From a virus: 64,000 nucleotides of DNA. This document shows positions 27,581-37,816 of the stretch, piece by piece; within the stretch, counting starts at the first letter, position 1; every line of letters begins with the position of its first letter. Under the pieces are notes generated by a model that worked only from the letters and a program-made list of their open reading frames with translations, made no database searches and had not been told where the DNA came from. Position numbers and translations under genes: made by a program. Where the stretch lies: positions 64,001-128,000 of the IMG/VR virus record IMGVR_UViG_3300022872_000001; one strand, written 5' to 3'.

Positions 27581-28024
27581 ATGACTCAAACACCAAACGT
27601 AAATCACGTAACGATCAGCCGCTTCGAGCATCTGCAATGGCTGATTGATAACCACATGAAGTCGCTGTTCGATATCGTGAAGCAGAATCATGCCATCTGG
27701 ATGCCTGATGTGCAAAAGGCTTATACGGCAATGCTCGAAGATGTCCGATGGCGAGTCATGCGCGACTACTGTACAGTTCGCGTCGGTCTGCCACAACGCT
27801 CCGGCCTGTCAGCATGGGCTAAGCGCAACATGACGGAAGAAGATTTGTTCGTTGGCATGTCGGGTGACGAAGGGAAAGCCTATACCTTGGCAAGCGCTCC
27901 AGAAGGATTCGTGCCGCGTTGGATCGTGATTCAGGATGCGAGTGTCCGCGCAACTCTGGTCGACTCGCTGTACAAGACTTTCGGCAGGGATCCCAAGCTG
28001 CAACTCTTCATCCTATTGAGGTAA
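27581..28024 (+). CDS. hypothetical protein, GC-richer than its neighbours
   Basis: aagga RBS; hand-counted 60-nt lines give 34/60 and 37/60 G+C versus 22/60 in a terL line. Confidence 0.7.
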   Translation: MTQTPNVNHVTISRFEHLQWLIDNHMKSLFDIVKQNHAIWMPDVQKAYTAMLEDVRWRVMRDYCTVRVGLPQRSGLSAWAKRNMTEEDLFVGMSGDEGKAYTLASAPEGFVPRWIVIQDASVRATLVDSLYKTFGRDPKLQLFILLR

Positions 28025-28068
28025 GCAATACAATTTCATCGTATAAGTAATTTGCGAGAGAAATCCAA

Positions 28069-28698
28069 ATGGCTAAAAAGAAACCAAGGAAGCCTAATGC
28101 AGCATACATGCTTCCTGACAAACCTTCAAAAAAATATGTAAAATGCCTTCTTGCTCTTGATCCAGGTAGCCGCAATATGGGAATTAGTTGCGTAGGAGTT
28201 ACCAAGAAGGGCAAGGTTCGTGTCCTTGCCAATTCCATTCTCACCAATCCTTTTACGACCATGGTTGGAGATATCAAGGAACAGAAACAACTTTTCCTTG
28301 GAGAGATTGATTCCTGGGTTAAGTTGTATAAACCTAACGGCATTATCATGGAGCGTTTCCAGTCCCGAGGCGGAATGGGTCCCTTGATCGAGTTGGTTAC
28401 TCTAATGCTAGGTATCCTAGTTGGCACCTATAATCTTCCAATCAAGATGATTACCGCCGCTACATGGAAAAACGCCTGGCATCGGAAGAATGAGGAAGAG
28501 TTGAATGATATGTACAAAGAATGCTTAACAACACCTCACCAGCTGGATTCGATTCTTATAGGTTGTTATGGTTTGCACGTAGCCACTGGTATGCCGACCA
28601 TAGGTAGTGCCAAAGGAATTATGAGACAGGCAGCCGATACATCTCTGTTACCATTGATTAAACGTAAGGGACTAAAATGCTTAAAGCCAAAGAATTGA
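28069..28698 (+). CDS. RuvC-like Holliday junction resolvase
   Basis: LALDPGSRNMG, IMERF, HQLDS acidic catalytic pattern. Confidence 0.8.
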   Translation: MAKKKPRKPNAAYMLPDKPSKKYVKCLLALDPGSRNMGISCVGVTKKGKVRVLANSILTNPFTTMVGDIKEQKQLFLGEIDSWVKLYKPNGIIMERFQSRGGMGPLIELVTLMLGILVGTYNLPIKMITAATWKNAWHRKNEEELNDMYKECLTTPHQLDSILIGCYGLHVATGMPTIGSAKGIMRQAADTSLLPLIKRKGLKCLKPKN

Positions 28699-28958
28699 AA
28701 ATGCCAGAAGTCTGGACGGCATCGAAGAAACCTGTTATTGCCTCAACCAAGGTTACTGCCCGCATTGATATGTCAGCCGAAGTTGCTGGTAAGGGTTTGT
28801 GCCCAGACTGTCGTGAGCCTATGGAAGACTCGCATACTTCGGGTATACCTGTAATTGCCTGCCACCCGTGTCGTATCGTTCTACCTAAACCTGATACTGA
28901 AGAATATAAACTTGAGATCGCCAAGAAAAAGGAAGAATCCAAGGAAGGTACTGAATAA
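28677..28958 (+). CDS. zinc-ribbon protein
   Basis: CPDC...CHPC. Confidence 0.65.
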   Translation: MLKAKELKMPEVWTASKKPVIASTKVTARIDMSAEVAGKGLCPDCREPMEDSHTSGIPVIACHPCRIVLPKPDTEEYKLEIAKKKEESKEGTE

Positions 28959-28981
28959 ATTCATAATGAATTGAGGTGACA

Positions 28982-29155
28982 ATGTTGGATTATAACTACT
29001 ATCATATTGATTCCCCGTTAGACGAAAGTGAGGTACGTTTAATGGAACAGGAACGGTATGAGAAACAGACTGCTGATATTTCCCGAGCCATGGAAAGCGC
29101 TATCAATAAGGAGCGTAAGCAGGCACGATTCCACAAAGCACAAAGGTTAGAATAA
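28982..29155 (+). CDS. 57-aa hypothetical protein (absent from the ORF track)
   Basis: gaggtg RBS; MLDYNYYHIDSPLDESEVRLMEQ...RLE*; fills the gap and ends 2 nt before the next ATG. Confidence 0.6.
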   Translation: MLDYNYYHIDSPLDESEVRLMEQERYEKQTADISRAMESAINKERKQARFHKAQRLE

Positions 29156-29156
29156 G

Positions 29157-29819
29157 ATGTCAATGATAAAAAAATCAGCGCGTAAAGCCTCCCTTCCCGG
29201 AGGTGTGCAGAAGAGTGGTGATGTAAGAGTTAAGGCTGGCTTGGTAGAATACACAGGATCCCTTAGTGGTGAGGTAGCCCCTAGGAAGATTTCCAAGCTC
29301 AAGAACGTTAAGAAGATGCGATCTATTGTTGGTGACTCCTCTGAGCAAATTTCTCAGTTGTTGGAATCCAATGAGACAGATCAGGCAGTTTCCTTAATGT
29401 ACAAAAGAATGCTCCAGACGCTTCTCGATCTGTTGTCGTATTCTGAACAGTACGTTAGAAAAACTAAGGCAGCCAAAGGTGTCTATCAGGTTAACGCGTT
29501 GATATCCAATATCCGTGAGTTAATGACCGACATCCAATCAGCGCAGGACAGGGGCATGCTTGGTGATGCCATGATTGAACGTATCCTTCAACCGTCCTTC
29601 CGCGAGATTGGTAGCCAGTTCGTCCAAGAATTCGCCACATTGGAATCGGATATACGGACTATTACGAATGCATCCATACAGACGGGTAATGCTTTAACCA
29701 AGGAAGATCAGAAAGAGATCAAGAAAGAGATCCTTGAAACGCGTGGTCACCTGGCTAGTGTTATGCAGACACAATATGAAGATATGAAGATGCAGATTGT
29801 TCAATTCCTACAGAGATAA
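29157..29819 (+). CDS. hypothetical helical protein (packaging region)
   Basis: 220 aa between terL and the probable portal. Confidence 0.7.
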   Translation: MSMIKKSARKASLPGGVQKSGDVRVKAGLVEYTGSLSGEVAPRKISKLKNVKKMRSIVGDSSEQISQLLESNETDQAVSLMYKRMLQTLLDLLSYSEQYVRKTKAAKGVYQVNALISNIRELMTDIQSAQDRGMLGDAMIERILQPSFREIGSQFVQEFATLESDIRTITNASIQTGNALTKEDQKEIKKEILETRGHLASVMQTQYEDMKMQIVQFLQR

Positions 29820-29822
29820 AAC

Positions 29823-30473
29823 ATGGCAAGGTATCGTAGGTCCCGTAAGCGCCGTAATCATGAATCCGTAATTCAAGCCAACGCATCCTTGCAAGCAACA
29901 GCTACGAAACAGAAACGGGATGTCAGTGAATCGGAAAGACTGAGACACGCTATAGCAATGAAGTTCATGCCTAAGGGTTATGCCATCCACTACGAAGTGG
30001 GTTTGAATAAGAGTGGTAGATTACGTGCAGACATAATTGCGCTTAGCATGGGCGGCGTAATTACCATAGGTGAGGTAAAATCTTCGGTGGCTGATTTCCG
30101 AAATGACAAGAAGTGGCGTAAGTATCTAAAATACGCACACAGGTTTTCCTTTATTTTTAATGAGAATACCTATGAAAAGGTAAAGGATGAAGTCCCTAAA
30201 GGTATAGGTGTGTACGTAGTTGATGCCAACGGTAATGCCAAGTCAGTACAGAATTGTAAGCAGCGTGAAATGGGAGAGGCTTTTAACCTTCAGGTTGTTA
30301 CGCGCATTGCGTATAGGTCAGCAACCCTAAAGTCCATGCAACATAAAAACGCGCTAACCATTCCGTCCTTGCTTCTTAAGGACGTGCAATTACGGTTAAA
30401 GAATATTGATCCTCAAATACTGGATCAGGTTAAGGAAGCTCTAAGCGCCTCCATTCAAAGAATTACAGAATAA
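29823..30473 (+). CDS. MmcB-like PD-(D/E)xK nuclease
   Basis: RADIIAL...IGEVKSSVADFRNDKKWRKY matches the MmcB pattern RAD...EIKSSxxDFRxDxKW. Confidence 0.7.
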   Translation: MARYRRSRKRRNHESVIQANASLQATATKQKRDVSESERLRHAIAMKFMPKGYAIHYEVGLNKSGRLRADIIALSMGGVITIGEVKSSVADFRNDKKWRKYLKYAHRFSFIFNENTYEKVKDEVPKGIGVYVVDANGNAKSVQNCKQREMGEAFNLQVVTRIAYRSATLKSMQHKNALTIPSLLLKDVQLRLKNIDPQILDQVKEALSASIQRITE

Positions 30474-30482
30474 GGATTCAAT

Positions 30483-32372
30483 ATGTTCCCAAAGAACAAA
30501 GTTACTGGAGTTGTAGGATCACGTATCAAAACTGATCATGGTTATAATGGTGCAAGTTTAGCACCTGTATCCTCTGGCCGTAACTATCAGGAGAACGGGT
30601 CCAAGGTTACCGCAGGTATGGCAGGTACTGGTCCTGTATCCTCCGGAGGAGGAGCTTCCTTATCCACCAATACATATTGGAATTCGCAGTACCAGTATAT
30701 GCTTACTGGTATTCTTCCTGCGGATCCTCAGTTTACCGACTCCTCGAGCTTAGCCCTTTTCTACCGTGACATCTATTTGTTCGATAACGTGGCCGGTTCA
30801 GCCGTAGACATCCAATCTACATTCCCTTTCTCGGATTACGAATTACGTGGTCTTGAAGATAAGGAATTGGATATTTATCGAGAAGCTCTAGACCAGCTGA
30901 ATATATCCCGTCATCTTCCAGAGATATCCAAAGCGTACCTGGTAGATGGCTTCTTTTGTGGCACACTGGTTTTTGATGCCAAAGCCAAGAAGTTTATGGA
31001 TACCTTGGTGCATGATGCTTTGCAGTGCACCGTCATTCCTGCCCCTCTATTCAATGTTCAACCTTCTATTCACGTTAGAGTCGGTTCAGCCACACAGCAG
31101 TACATGCATGCAGATGATCCGTATGCCCGCCGTACTATGGCATCGTTACCTCGTGAATTCCAACAAATGCTACGCGACGGCGATTTTCGTTTGAATCCTG
31201 TATCTACCTTGTACCTTGGTCGACGTTCTTTAACCGACCGTGCCTACGTGTCGTTCCTACATCGTATTCTTCCAATGTACCTTATTGAGAAGACGATGTT
31301 CCGAGGCACTTTGGTAGAAGCTGCTCGTCGCCAACGTGCTACCACTCACCTTACGGCAGGTGATGATTTATGGACTCCTACTTCCGAGGAATTGCAGGCA
31401 TTGGTACAACAATTCCAATTAGCCGAATATGATCCCTTAGGCGGTTGGGTATCTACTCGTAATGCTGTTCAAGCTACAGATATCCGCCCTGGTGGAGATT
31501 TCTGGAAATGGACGGACATGGCCGATATTCTTGTCCCTTACAAACTTCGTGCTTTAGGTATTTCAGAATCATTCCTGTCAGGTGATGCTTCCTACGCCAG
31601 TGCAGAGTCTGCCTATTCGACATTTTTGGAGACCATGAATGCTTATCGGAATGATCTGACCAACTCGATTTTCTACTCTACCTTGTTCCCTTTGATTGCT
31701 GTTGCTAATGGCTTGTATAAGGATGCTAAAGTTAAGGTACAAGGTAATGATGTATCAGGATTCTTACGCAACGCCTCGAATCGCGCGAACCTGAAAATGC
31801 CTCAGATCATTTGGCATAAATCTCTGGAAGCCAAAGGCGAGGACAACAAATTCGATATGTTGGAAAAGGCATCAGAGAAAGGTGTTCCAGTTCCATTGAA
31901 AACCTGGATGGCTGCCGCAGGTGTCGATCCAGAAGTCCTAGAAAAGGATTTGAAAGACGATAAAGAATACCGTGCGCAACTTGCAAAGTACACAGGTAAA
32001 GATACAACGCATGAAGGTGAAGACGAGGCAGGTAATGATCATTATGATCCTGAGGAAGCCTTGGAAGCCGCAGCTGGACAGTTTACCAGCCAGTCTATGA
32101 ATGCAGGATACCGTACACGTAAGCCTTTGTTATCGAGGGACTTCGGGAATTCGGCATCTATGGAATTCGGCAAAACAGGTAAGCCTAAATTTGTCCATAA
32201 CGCTCGAATGAAGCAACGAGATATCAATGGTATGATTGCCAAGGTTTCAGCAAGGGCGGAGCGCGATCCAGAGTATGCTCGTGAATTGGCACACTTTAAT
32301 AAGAAGCACGGCAAACCTGTAACTATGCCGTTCGCTAATGGGGGTGATGTGAAAGTTGGGAGGAAGCGTTAA
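30483..32372 (+). CDS. probable portal protein
   Basis: 629 aa, helical, downstream of terL at the head of the structural block; no diagnostic motif confirmed. Confidence 0.55.
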   Translation: MFPKNKVTGVVGSRIKTDHGYNGASLAPVSSGRNYQENGSKVTAGMAGTGPVSSGGGASLSTNTYWNSQYQYMLTGILPADPQFTDSSSLALFYRDIYLFDNVAGSAVDIQSTFPFSDYELRGLEDKELDIYREALDQLNISRHLPEISKAYLVDGFFCGTLVFDAKAKKFMDTLVHDALQCTVIPAPLFNVQPSIHVRVGSATQQYMHADDPYARRTMASLPREFQQMLRDGDFRLNPVSTLYLGRRSLTDRAYVSFLHRILPMYLIEKTMFRGTLVEAARRQRATTHLTAGDDLWTPTSEELQALVQQFQLAEYDPLGGWVSTRNAVQATDIRPGGDFWKWTDMADILVPYKLRALGISESFLSGDASYASAESAYSTFLETMNAYRNDLTNSIFYSTLFPLIAVANGLYKDAKVKVQGNDVSGFLRNASNRANLKMPQIIWHKSLEAKGEDNKFDMLEKASEKGVPVPLKTWMAAAGVDPEVLEKDLKDDKEYRAQLAKYTGKDTTHEGEDEAGNDHYDPEEALEAAAGQFTSQSMNAGYRTRKPLLSRDFGNSASMEFGKTGKPKFVHNARMKQRDINGMIAKVSARAERDPEYARELAHFNKKHGKPVTMPFANGGDVKVGRKR

Positions 32373-32623
32373 TGTTTTCATATGTCGTTGCTCGCGTCAA
32401 GCCAGAATCAGATTACCAATGGTACGTTTTCACTGGACCGAAACCTGTTAGTTTGGAGTTTAGAGGCAATCCTATTGTCATCCATAAAGGTGAACGCTTT
32501 GGTGTGCGTAAGTCGTCCAACAATAAGGAGATCCGACTAGTTCGAGATAATGATATTACTCGGGTTCTAACGATCTCCTTAGACCAAGCTAAGAAATTAG
32601 CTAAACAGGTAAAAGCGGAGTAA
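32372..32623 (+). CDS. hypothetical virion protein
   Basis: TAATG overlap with the probable portal. Confidence 0.6.
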   Translation: MFSYVVARVKPESDYQWYVFTGPKPVSLEFRGNPIVIHKGERFGVRKSSNNKEIRLVRDNDITRVLTISLDQAKKLAKQVKAE

Positions 32624-32625
32624 TT

Positions 32626-33090
32626 ATGCCAACCAAAGTAAACGCCAAGATTGTAGGCAAGGATTTCTTCTTTGGGGTGAAATGGGATTCTTATACACCT
32701 CAGGTTGAGGCACAGCTTACTAAAGATCTCATCGCCATGTCTACGCAAGCGCGTGGACTAAACTTCGTAATGGTGTGTGACTCGAACGAAGCTGATCGTT
32801 TGTTAATCTCTATGAGAGTCAAGCGTATTACAGCATCCACCTTTGCCACAATGTGGATTATGTATCGTACTCAGGAAGAATCACATATTGAGATTCCTGA
32901 GCATGCTGTAACGATTCTGGAACGGGATATGTCTATGGATGTGGCTGCTCCTGTAATTGATCCAGGAACTCATTCAGGTTACGCCCTGACGCCACAAGGA
33001 CGGGTTGCTCCGGATCGTATTGGAATAAATCGTCCTGCACCCAATTCTTCCGCAAAGCCGGATTATGCATTGATAATGCTCTGGAGCTGA
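32626..33090 (+). CDS. hypothetical virion protein
   Basis: 154-aa ORF in the structural run. Confidence 0.6.
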   Translation: MPTKVNAKIVGKDFFFGVKWDSYTPQVEAQLTKDLIAMSTQARGLNFVMVCDSNEADRLLISMRVKRITASTFATMWIMYRTQEESHIEIPEHAVTILERDMSMDVAAPVIDPGTHSGYALTPQGRVAPDRIGINRPAPNSSAKPDYALIMLWS

Positions 33091-33305
33091 CACTCAATTT
33101 AATAGTGTTATGTATCATCTTCGATACGCTTGTCTAAGGGTTCATGCATGGGAAGGATGCATTGACGAGTGTATTTTCGGAACAGTTAATCAAGACCGCA
33201 GCGAAGGCTTTAGACTGTTCCGTCTTTTTATTCCCAGGAGTATGGCTTGATTCCTGAGGGTCCAATATCAGCCGTACTCCACGATCCTTTTCAAAAGGAA
33301 ACATC

Positions 33306-34334
33306 GTGTCGTCTTTAACAGATATCATCTCGCAAGCAAAACAAGGTGTGCAGCTCCAAGTTAAGGGAGCTCAGAATCAATTAACATCAGGTGTTACCGG
33401 TGCGGTTTCTAATGCCAAGAATAACATTGTTACTGGCATTACCACCATTAGTCACGCAGCTATAAGTGGTGGTATTAACGCCGTAGTAGGTGCCGCAGGT
33501 CAAGCTTTATTGGGTAACTTTAGTGGCGCAGCTACCACATTGGAAAGCGCAGGATCTAACCTAGTCAATACGGTATCTACGGTTACAGGTATAAGTTTTG
33601 GTTCCTCTTTATCAGATAATTCAGGTATCTCCTACTCCTCGCAGCCTTCTAGCAATGGTGGCGTTACACCGGGGGATCCTTTTGGCGGTATCAATGCTCG
33701 TCCTGATCCTGTATTAGCTTTCAATTGGTACACAGAATTACCTATGATCATTCCTGCCGCAGGTACCGCTGCATCCTTGCCGTGGTATTATGTTGAGGAA
33801 GTCAATCTTCCTCAACGTACTGTGGAAGTTCGTTCTATATTCAGGGAAGGTCGTAATAAACATTTCCCCGGATCCTACTCGATAGATCCTTTACGCTTAA
33901 CCATATACGCGGATATAAACAATAACGCCATTAGCTATATAGAAGCTTGGCGAGGATTGGTTCTTAATCCCACTACAAGTGCTAATGCTGCCTCCTATGG
34001 AGGTGGGTACGGTCAGGCATCCAAGTTCCAGAAGTCTATCAAGACCTTTGTTCTGGCAGCGGATAAAAGTACACTTGTGGAATTTGAGTATACCGAATGC
34101 TGGCCTATTTCAGTTGAATCTGTAAATTTAATATCTGGTAATACGGAACGTGTAGTATGGCATGTAGGTTTCTCCGTAGGCGATGTATTTGCTACCATTT
34201 ATAATCTAAGCAATTCTGCAAACTCAGGATTTCTTGGAACGTCTGGTGTAGTACCTACAATTCAACAAACGGTAGGTGCGGTATATTCCAGTCTTACTGG
34301 TGCAGCTACCAGTGCAATTAAGAGTTTGTTTTAA
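33306..34334 (+). CDS. tail tube-fold protein (gp19/gp54-like) with Gly/Ala/Ser-rich N-terminus
   Basis: VEEVNLP...Y.IDPLRLTIY...YIEAW...Y.ECWPISV resembles the tube/Hcp-fold pattern. Confidence 0.6.
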   Translation: MSSLTDIISQAKQGVQLQVKGAQNQLTSGVTGAVSNAKNNIVTGITTISHAAISGGINAVVGAAGQALLGNFSGAATTLESAGSNLVNTVSTVTGISFGSSLSDNSGISYSSQPSSNGGVTPGDPFGGINARPDPVLAFNWYTELPMIIPAAGTAASLPWYYVEEVNLPQRTVEVRSIFREGRNKHFPGSYSIDPLRLTIYADINNNAISYIEAWRGLVLNPTTSANAASYGGGYGQASKFQKSIKTFVLAADKSTLVEFEYTECWPISVESVNLISGNTERVVWHVGFSVGDVFATIYNLSNSANSGFLGTSGVVPTIQQTVGAVYSSLTGAATSAIKSLF

Positions 34335-34407
34335 TGGCTTAATTTCAGGAATCTGATCGAAGCCTAGCAGTAAATAGTGTAGTTACCCCTAAACTCTGGA
34401 GCGTCGT

Positions 34408-35712
34408 ATGCCCAATCAGATTGACCCTAATAACCCACACGGTAAAGGGGAGTTTCATGCCTTCCCTGCAGCACGTGTGGCTAGTATAGAGCAGAAACAG
34501 CAAGAAACTGCTCCCTACATACCTCCCAACAGTCCTTCCAATCCAAAAAATATGAACAAACCTGGATTCATCCCGCAGTCTGCTTCGGAGAATCAGCGTA
34601 GGGCAATGAAGAACATTACCGACAGTGCTACGCCTCCTGCGCCTGTAGTTGTACAACCTCAAGTAGCGCAACAGATATCAAAGGAGTTGCCAGGGTTTTC
34701 AATGAACACCAAACCTTCGCAGGTCTCAAATGTAGGTACGGCAGGCACCTTTGATAATTATGCACAAGCTCCTGTTACCATTAAACCTCCGGTATCTCGT
34801 GCACAGGCACATGCGCATCAAGGCACTACGATTGACATGCCTGAACCTGGCTTACATCCTGAACAGGTTCCAATAGTAACACCGGGTTTCACGCGTCCTG
34901 TATCGAGCGCAGAAGCAATCAGTTTAGATCTTCCTTCGCGCTTCGCATATTATCCTTTCAAGGATTTATATGTTAAACCTTTTAGTAATCGGCATCTTGC
35001 CAAGTTGTCGAGGGCTAATGCGGAGAAGTCTTTCCTCCCTACGGTAGAAGCAGTATCATCCGTGCTTTCTACCTCGGAAGGTCACACCAATATAGCATTC
35101 AACCTGACAATTCCGGATTACTATTTTGTACTGTACTGGTTGCGTCAAAACTCCTATACGAAGTCTACCTTCACCCACACCACACACTGCACGGCTCAAA
35201 AGCATTTTGACATGATTGAGCGTGGTGAGAAGACGCTGGAATCTCTTAAGGTTCTTGAGGTGGTTAATCGTACTACCCTCCAGGTAAATATGCTGGATCA
35301 GATTCCTAATCCTGCGGTGTATACCATTACCGATCCTTACGCGACTCTGCGTCCAGCTTTGGTACGGGATATGCTTGAGATCTCGATGAGTCCTAATATC
35401 ATCGATCCTGAGTTTGAGTGGAATGCTGAGATGGCATCCTATCTTACCATCATAGCTCCTATGCCTGTATTCGACGATAAGGGCGGTATCATAGGAAGTG
35501 TAACACGCGAGTTAAATCTCGAAGAGCGTATTGAACGTATGGGTAATGAAGAGCTTTATAGTGCAGATGATGCATTCACTATCAAGCAATTCTCCAAGAC
35601 GTTGGATAAATACGGTGTGCAGGAATCAATCAAAGTTAGATGTAAGGAGTGCGGCGCTTCCTGGGACAGTAAAATGTCCCTTGAAGCCCATTCGTTTCTT
35701 TCCGCTGCATAA
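34408..35712 (+). CDS. baseplate hub assembly protein (T4 gp26-like) with Pro-rich N-extension
   Basis: LDLPS...LYVKPF, LTIPDYYFVLYWLRQNSY, terminal CKEC. Confidence 0.55.
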   Translation: MPNQIDPNNPHGKGEFHAFPAARVASIEQKQQETAPYIPPNSPSNPKNMNKPGFIPQSASENQRRAMKNITDSATPPAPVVVQPQVAQQISKELPGFSMNTKPSQVSNVGTAGTFDNYAQAPVTIKPPVSRAQAHAHQGTTIDMPEPGLHPEQVPIVTPGFTRPVSSAEAISLDLPSRFAYYPFKDLYVKPFSNRHLAKLSRANAEKSFLPTVEAVSSVLSTSEGHTNIAFNLTIPDYYFVLYWLRQNSYTKSTFTHTTHCTAQKHFDMIERGEKTLESLKVLEVVNRTTLQVNMLDQIPNPAVYTITDPYATLRPALVRDMLEISMSPNIIDPEFEWNAEMASYLTIIAPMPVFDDKGGIIGSVTRELNLEERIERMGNEELYSADDAFTIKQFSKTLDKYGVQESIKVRCKECGASWDSKMSLEAHSFLSAA

Positions 35713-35713
35713 T

Positions 35714-35878
35714 ATGAACGAAGTAATGGATCGGCATGAGATCCTCGCGTCAGAATTTCATATATATCTGAACGAGGATACACCGATCCTTCATTTTATG
35801 CAGCTATCGGATCGTGCAAATGCGATTCGAGAAGAGAAGAGAAAAGCCGCGAAGGACGGCAAAACTTATATTGGGTAA
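35714..35878 (+). CDS. small tail/baseplate assembly protein (gp51-like position)
   Basis: 54 aa from ATG 35714, between the gp26-like and tape-measure-like genes. Confidence 0.45.
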   Translation: MNEVMDRHEILASEFHIYLNEDTPILHFMQLSDRANAIREEKRKAAKDGKTYIG

Positions 35879-35917
35879 TTAGTAATCATCAAACGCGGAT
35901 ACGGCTAAAGGTTAATC

Positions 35918-37816
35918 ATGGCAAAGTTCAAAAGTGATACAGAATCAAAGAAATGGAAATCCCTTGAGGCGACCACTAGCACATCTTTCCACAAGATGTT
36001 GCAAGGTACAGCTACCGAATCGGATTTTAAATCTGTGTCAAAGATATTGGAACAACAGAGTGCTTTGGCCAAATCTGTGTTTGATGAAGGTGTAAAGTCT
36101 ATTGAAGCGACAGCAGATGAACTCCTGGATAAAGTGAACCAAGGTCGTATTGAGTCAGGTAAGCGTCCATTAACACAGCAGGCGCATAACAGACTGCATA
36201 AGAGTACCATGCAAGATGTCATGCGTAACTATGCTCCTGACATCATAGCCAGTCTTAAGGATATCATTGATGATAGGTTCGATGAGATAGCCCAAGGTAA
36301 TGTTGAGGCTATTACAAAGGGTTTTGATAAACTATCTGGTTATAGCCCTACACGTAAACCAGTAGATACTCCCTCCACCGACGATATAATTGCTTTGCAG
36401 GAAGCCGCAAGCGAGGATGCTGATAATAAGGATAACGCCAAATGGCCTGACCGATTAGCGGACATCAAGAAAGCCGTCGGGGATGCGGTAGAGAATTCGT
36501 TATTAGAAATAATAAAACGCGTTAAAGGTAATCAATCTAAACCGGGTATGCAGGAAACTTCGCCTGCGTTGGGTTATAGTCCAACTGCCCGGGCGAATGC
36601 GAATAATTGGGAATTGATGGACGCAGACGGCGGTAGTAGCGCAATGTCTCAGGCTACTGCTACCAGCCCTACTGTCCAGCTTACACCGAAGACGGAAGCT
36701 GCCATCTATGAAGCCACCGATGAGCAGAAAACGTTCATGGGTAGTATTCGAGATATGCTAGCCAACCTTGGTAACAAGGATAAAGAAAAGGATTCTCCTG
36801 AGGAAGAGGAGAAGAAAGCATCTTCGTGGCTTCGCAAAATGGGTTCTTGGATGAAGGATAAAATGCCATCCAAGAAAAGTAGAGGCACGATTATGTCTAT
36901 AATTAAAGGCATAGGCCAAGGTTTGTTCCTAGCTTTAACCGCACCTTCCCTAATTAAAGGTATTGCGGGAGCCGCAAAAGAATTTCTAACCTTAGATAAT
37001 CTTGAAAAAGTTATCAAGACCACGTGGGACACCATATATGGCATAGGTGGGTCCATAGTAAGCGGTATTTTGAAGGAATTCGGACTCAAAGGATCTCCAA
37101 ATCCTGATGTCAAGAAACCTGCCTTAGAAAGAATGGACACGCAAATATCTAATGCACAAACTAAGTTAAAGAGTGCGCAAGATGCCAAAGCCAAGGCAGG
37201 TGGTGACGAATCCAAATTGACTGATAGGCAACGTCAAGATCTAGCAGGTCTTCCTGAGTTTATCAAACGTTTACAGGCAGGTCGTACAGAGGAAGCAGCT
37301 AAGGAAAATAAGGGTAAACCGCCAGGTACAACCGCACCCTCTGCAAGTGCAGGAACCCTACCTGGTGGAGGAAGTGCCACGACTACCGTAGGTTCTTCAC
37401 CTGTAGCTAGTGCCAAGTCTGCAATTGTTCCGGCGGGTGCCTCTCCTACAGTACCGTCTCAATTAACAGCAGTCAATCAAACGGCCGTTACGGATTCTGG
37501 AGGCTATACCTATGACGCTGCCAGTGGTAAGATAGTAAAGTTGGATTCTCAAGCCAACCCTACCAATTCAACGGTAGGTGGAGATAACTACCTCAGAAGT
37601 TCTGGTAATACGACTGTTGCTCCCGCCACGAGTCCTACTACAGGTAAGGGTTTAACCGTTCCCGATCCTGCTTTACAGACGGCGCAGGCAGATACTACTC
37701 CATCTCGACCTGGTGGAGGTATGCAGTCATCTACAGCTATTACTCTTGCATCCTTCGGTATGCATGCAGGTGTGGATGATACGTTACAACTTATGAATGT
37801 AGGAGCAATTGCATGA
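35918..37816 (+). CDS. tape-measure-like / tail hub protein
   Basis: Long helical N-terminal part, low-complexity T/S/P/G C-terminus; positional inference. Confidence 0.45.
   Translation: MAKFKSDTESKKWKSLEATTSTSFHKMLQGTATESDFKSVSKILEQQSALAKSVFDEGVKSIEATADELLDKVNQGRIESGKRPLTQQAHNRLHKSTMQDVMRNYAPDIIASLKDIIDDRFDEIAQGNVEAITKGFDKLSGYSPTRKPVDTPSTDDIIALQEAASEDADNKDNAKWPDRLADIKKAVGDAVENSLLEIIKRVKGNQSKPGMQETSPALGYSPTARANANNWELMDADGGSSAMSQATATSPTVQLTPKTEAAIYEATDEQKTFMGSIRDMLANLGNKDKEKDSPEEEEKKASSWLRKMGSWMKDKMPSKKSRGTIMSIIKGIGQGLFLALTAPSLIKGIAGAAKEFLTLDNLEKVIKTTWDTIYGIGGSIVSGILKEFGLKGSPNPDVKKPALERMDTQISNAQTKLKSAQDAKAKAGGDESKLTDRQRQDLAGLPEFIKRLQAGRTEEAAKENKGKPPGTTAPSASAGTLPGGGSATTTVGSSPVASAKSAIVPAGASPTVPSQLTAVNQTAVTDSGGYTYDAASGKIVKLDSQANPTNSTVGGDNYLRSSGNTTVAPATSPTTGKGLTVPDPALQTAQADTTPSRPGGGMQSSTAITLASFGMHAGVDDTLQLMNVGAIA

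Noticed and set aside
33134-33328. 64-aa minus-strand ORF in the 33090-33306 gap
   Set aside because: Antisense to the structural operon, overlaps the next gene start, and has no motif or clear RBS
30-34380. Recurrent AGTAAATA / AATTTAATA words (near 32, 11423, 33096, 34369) as a late promoter consensus
   Set aside because: Too few and too AT-rich to distinguish from chance without genome-wide statistics or TSS data
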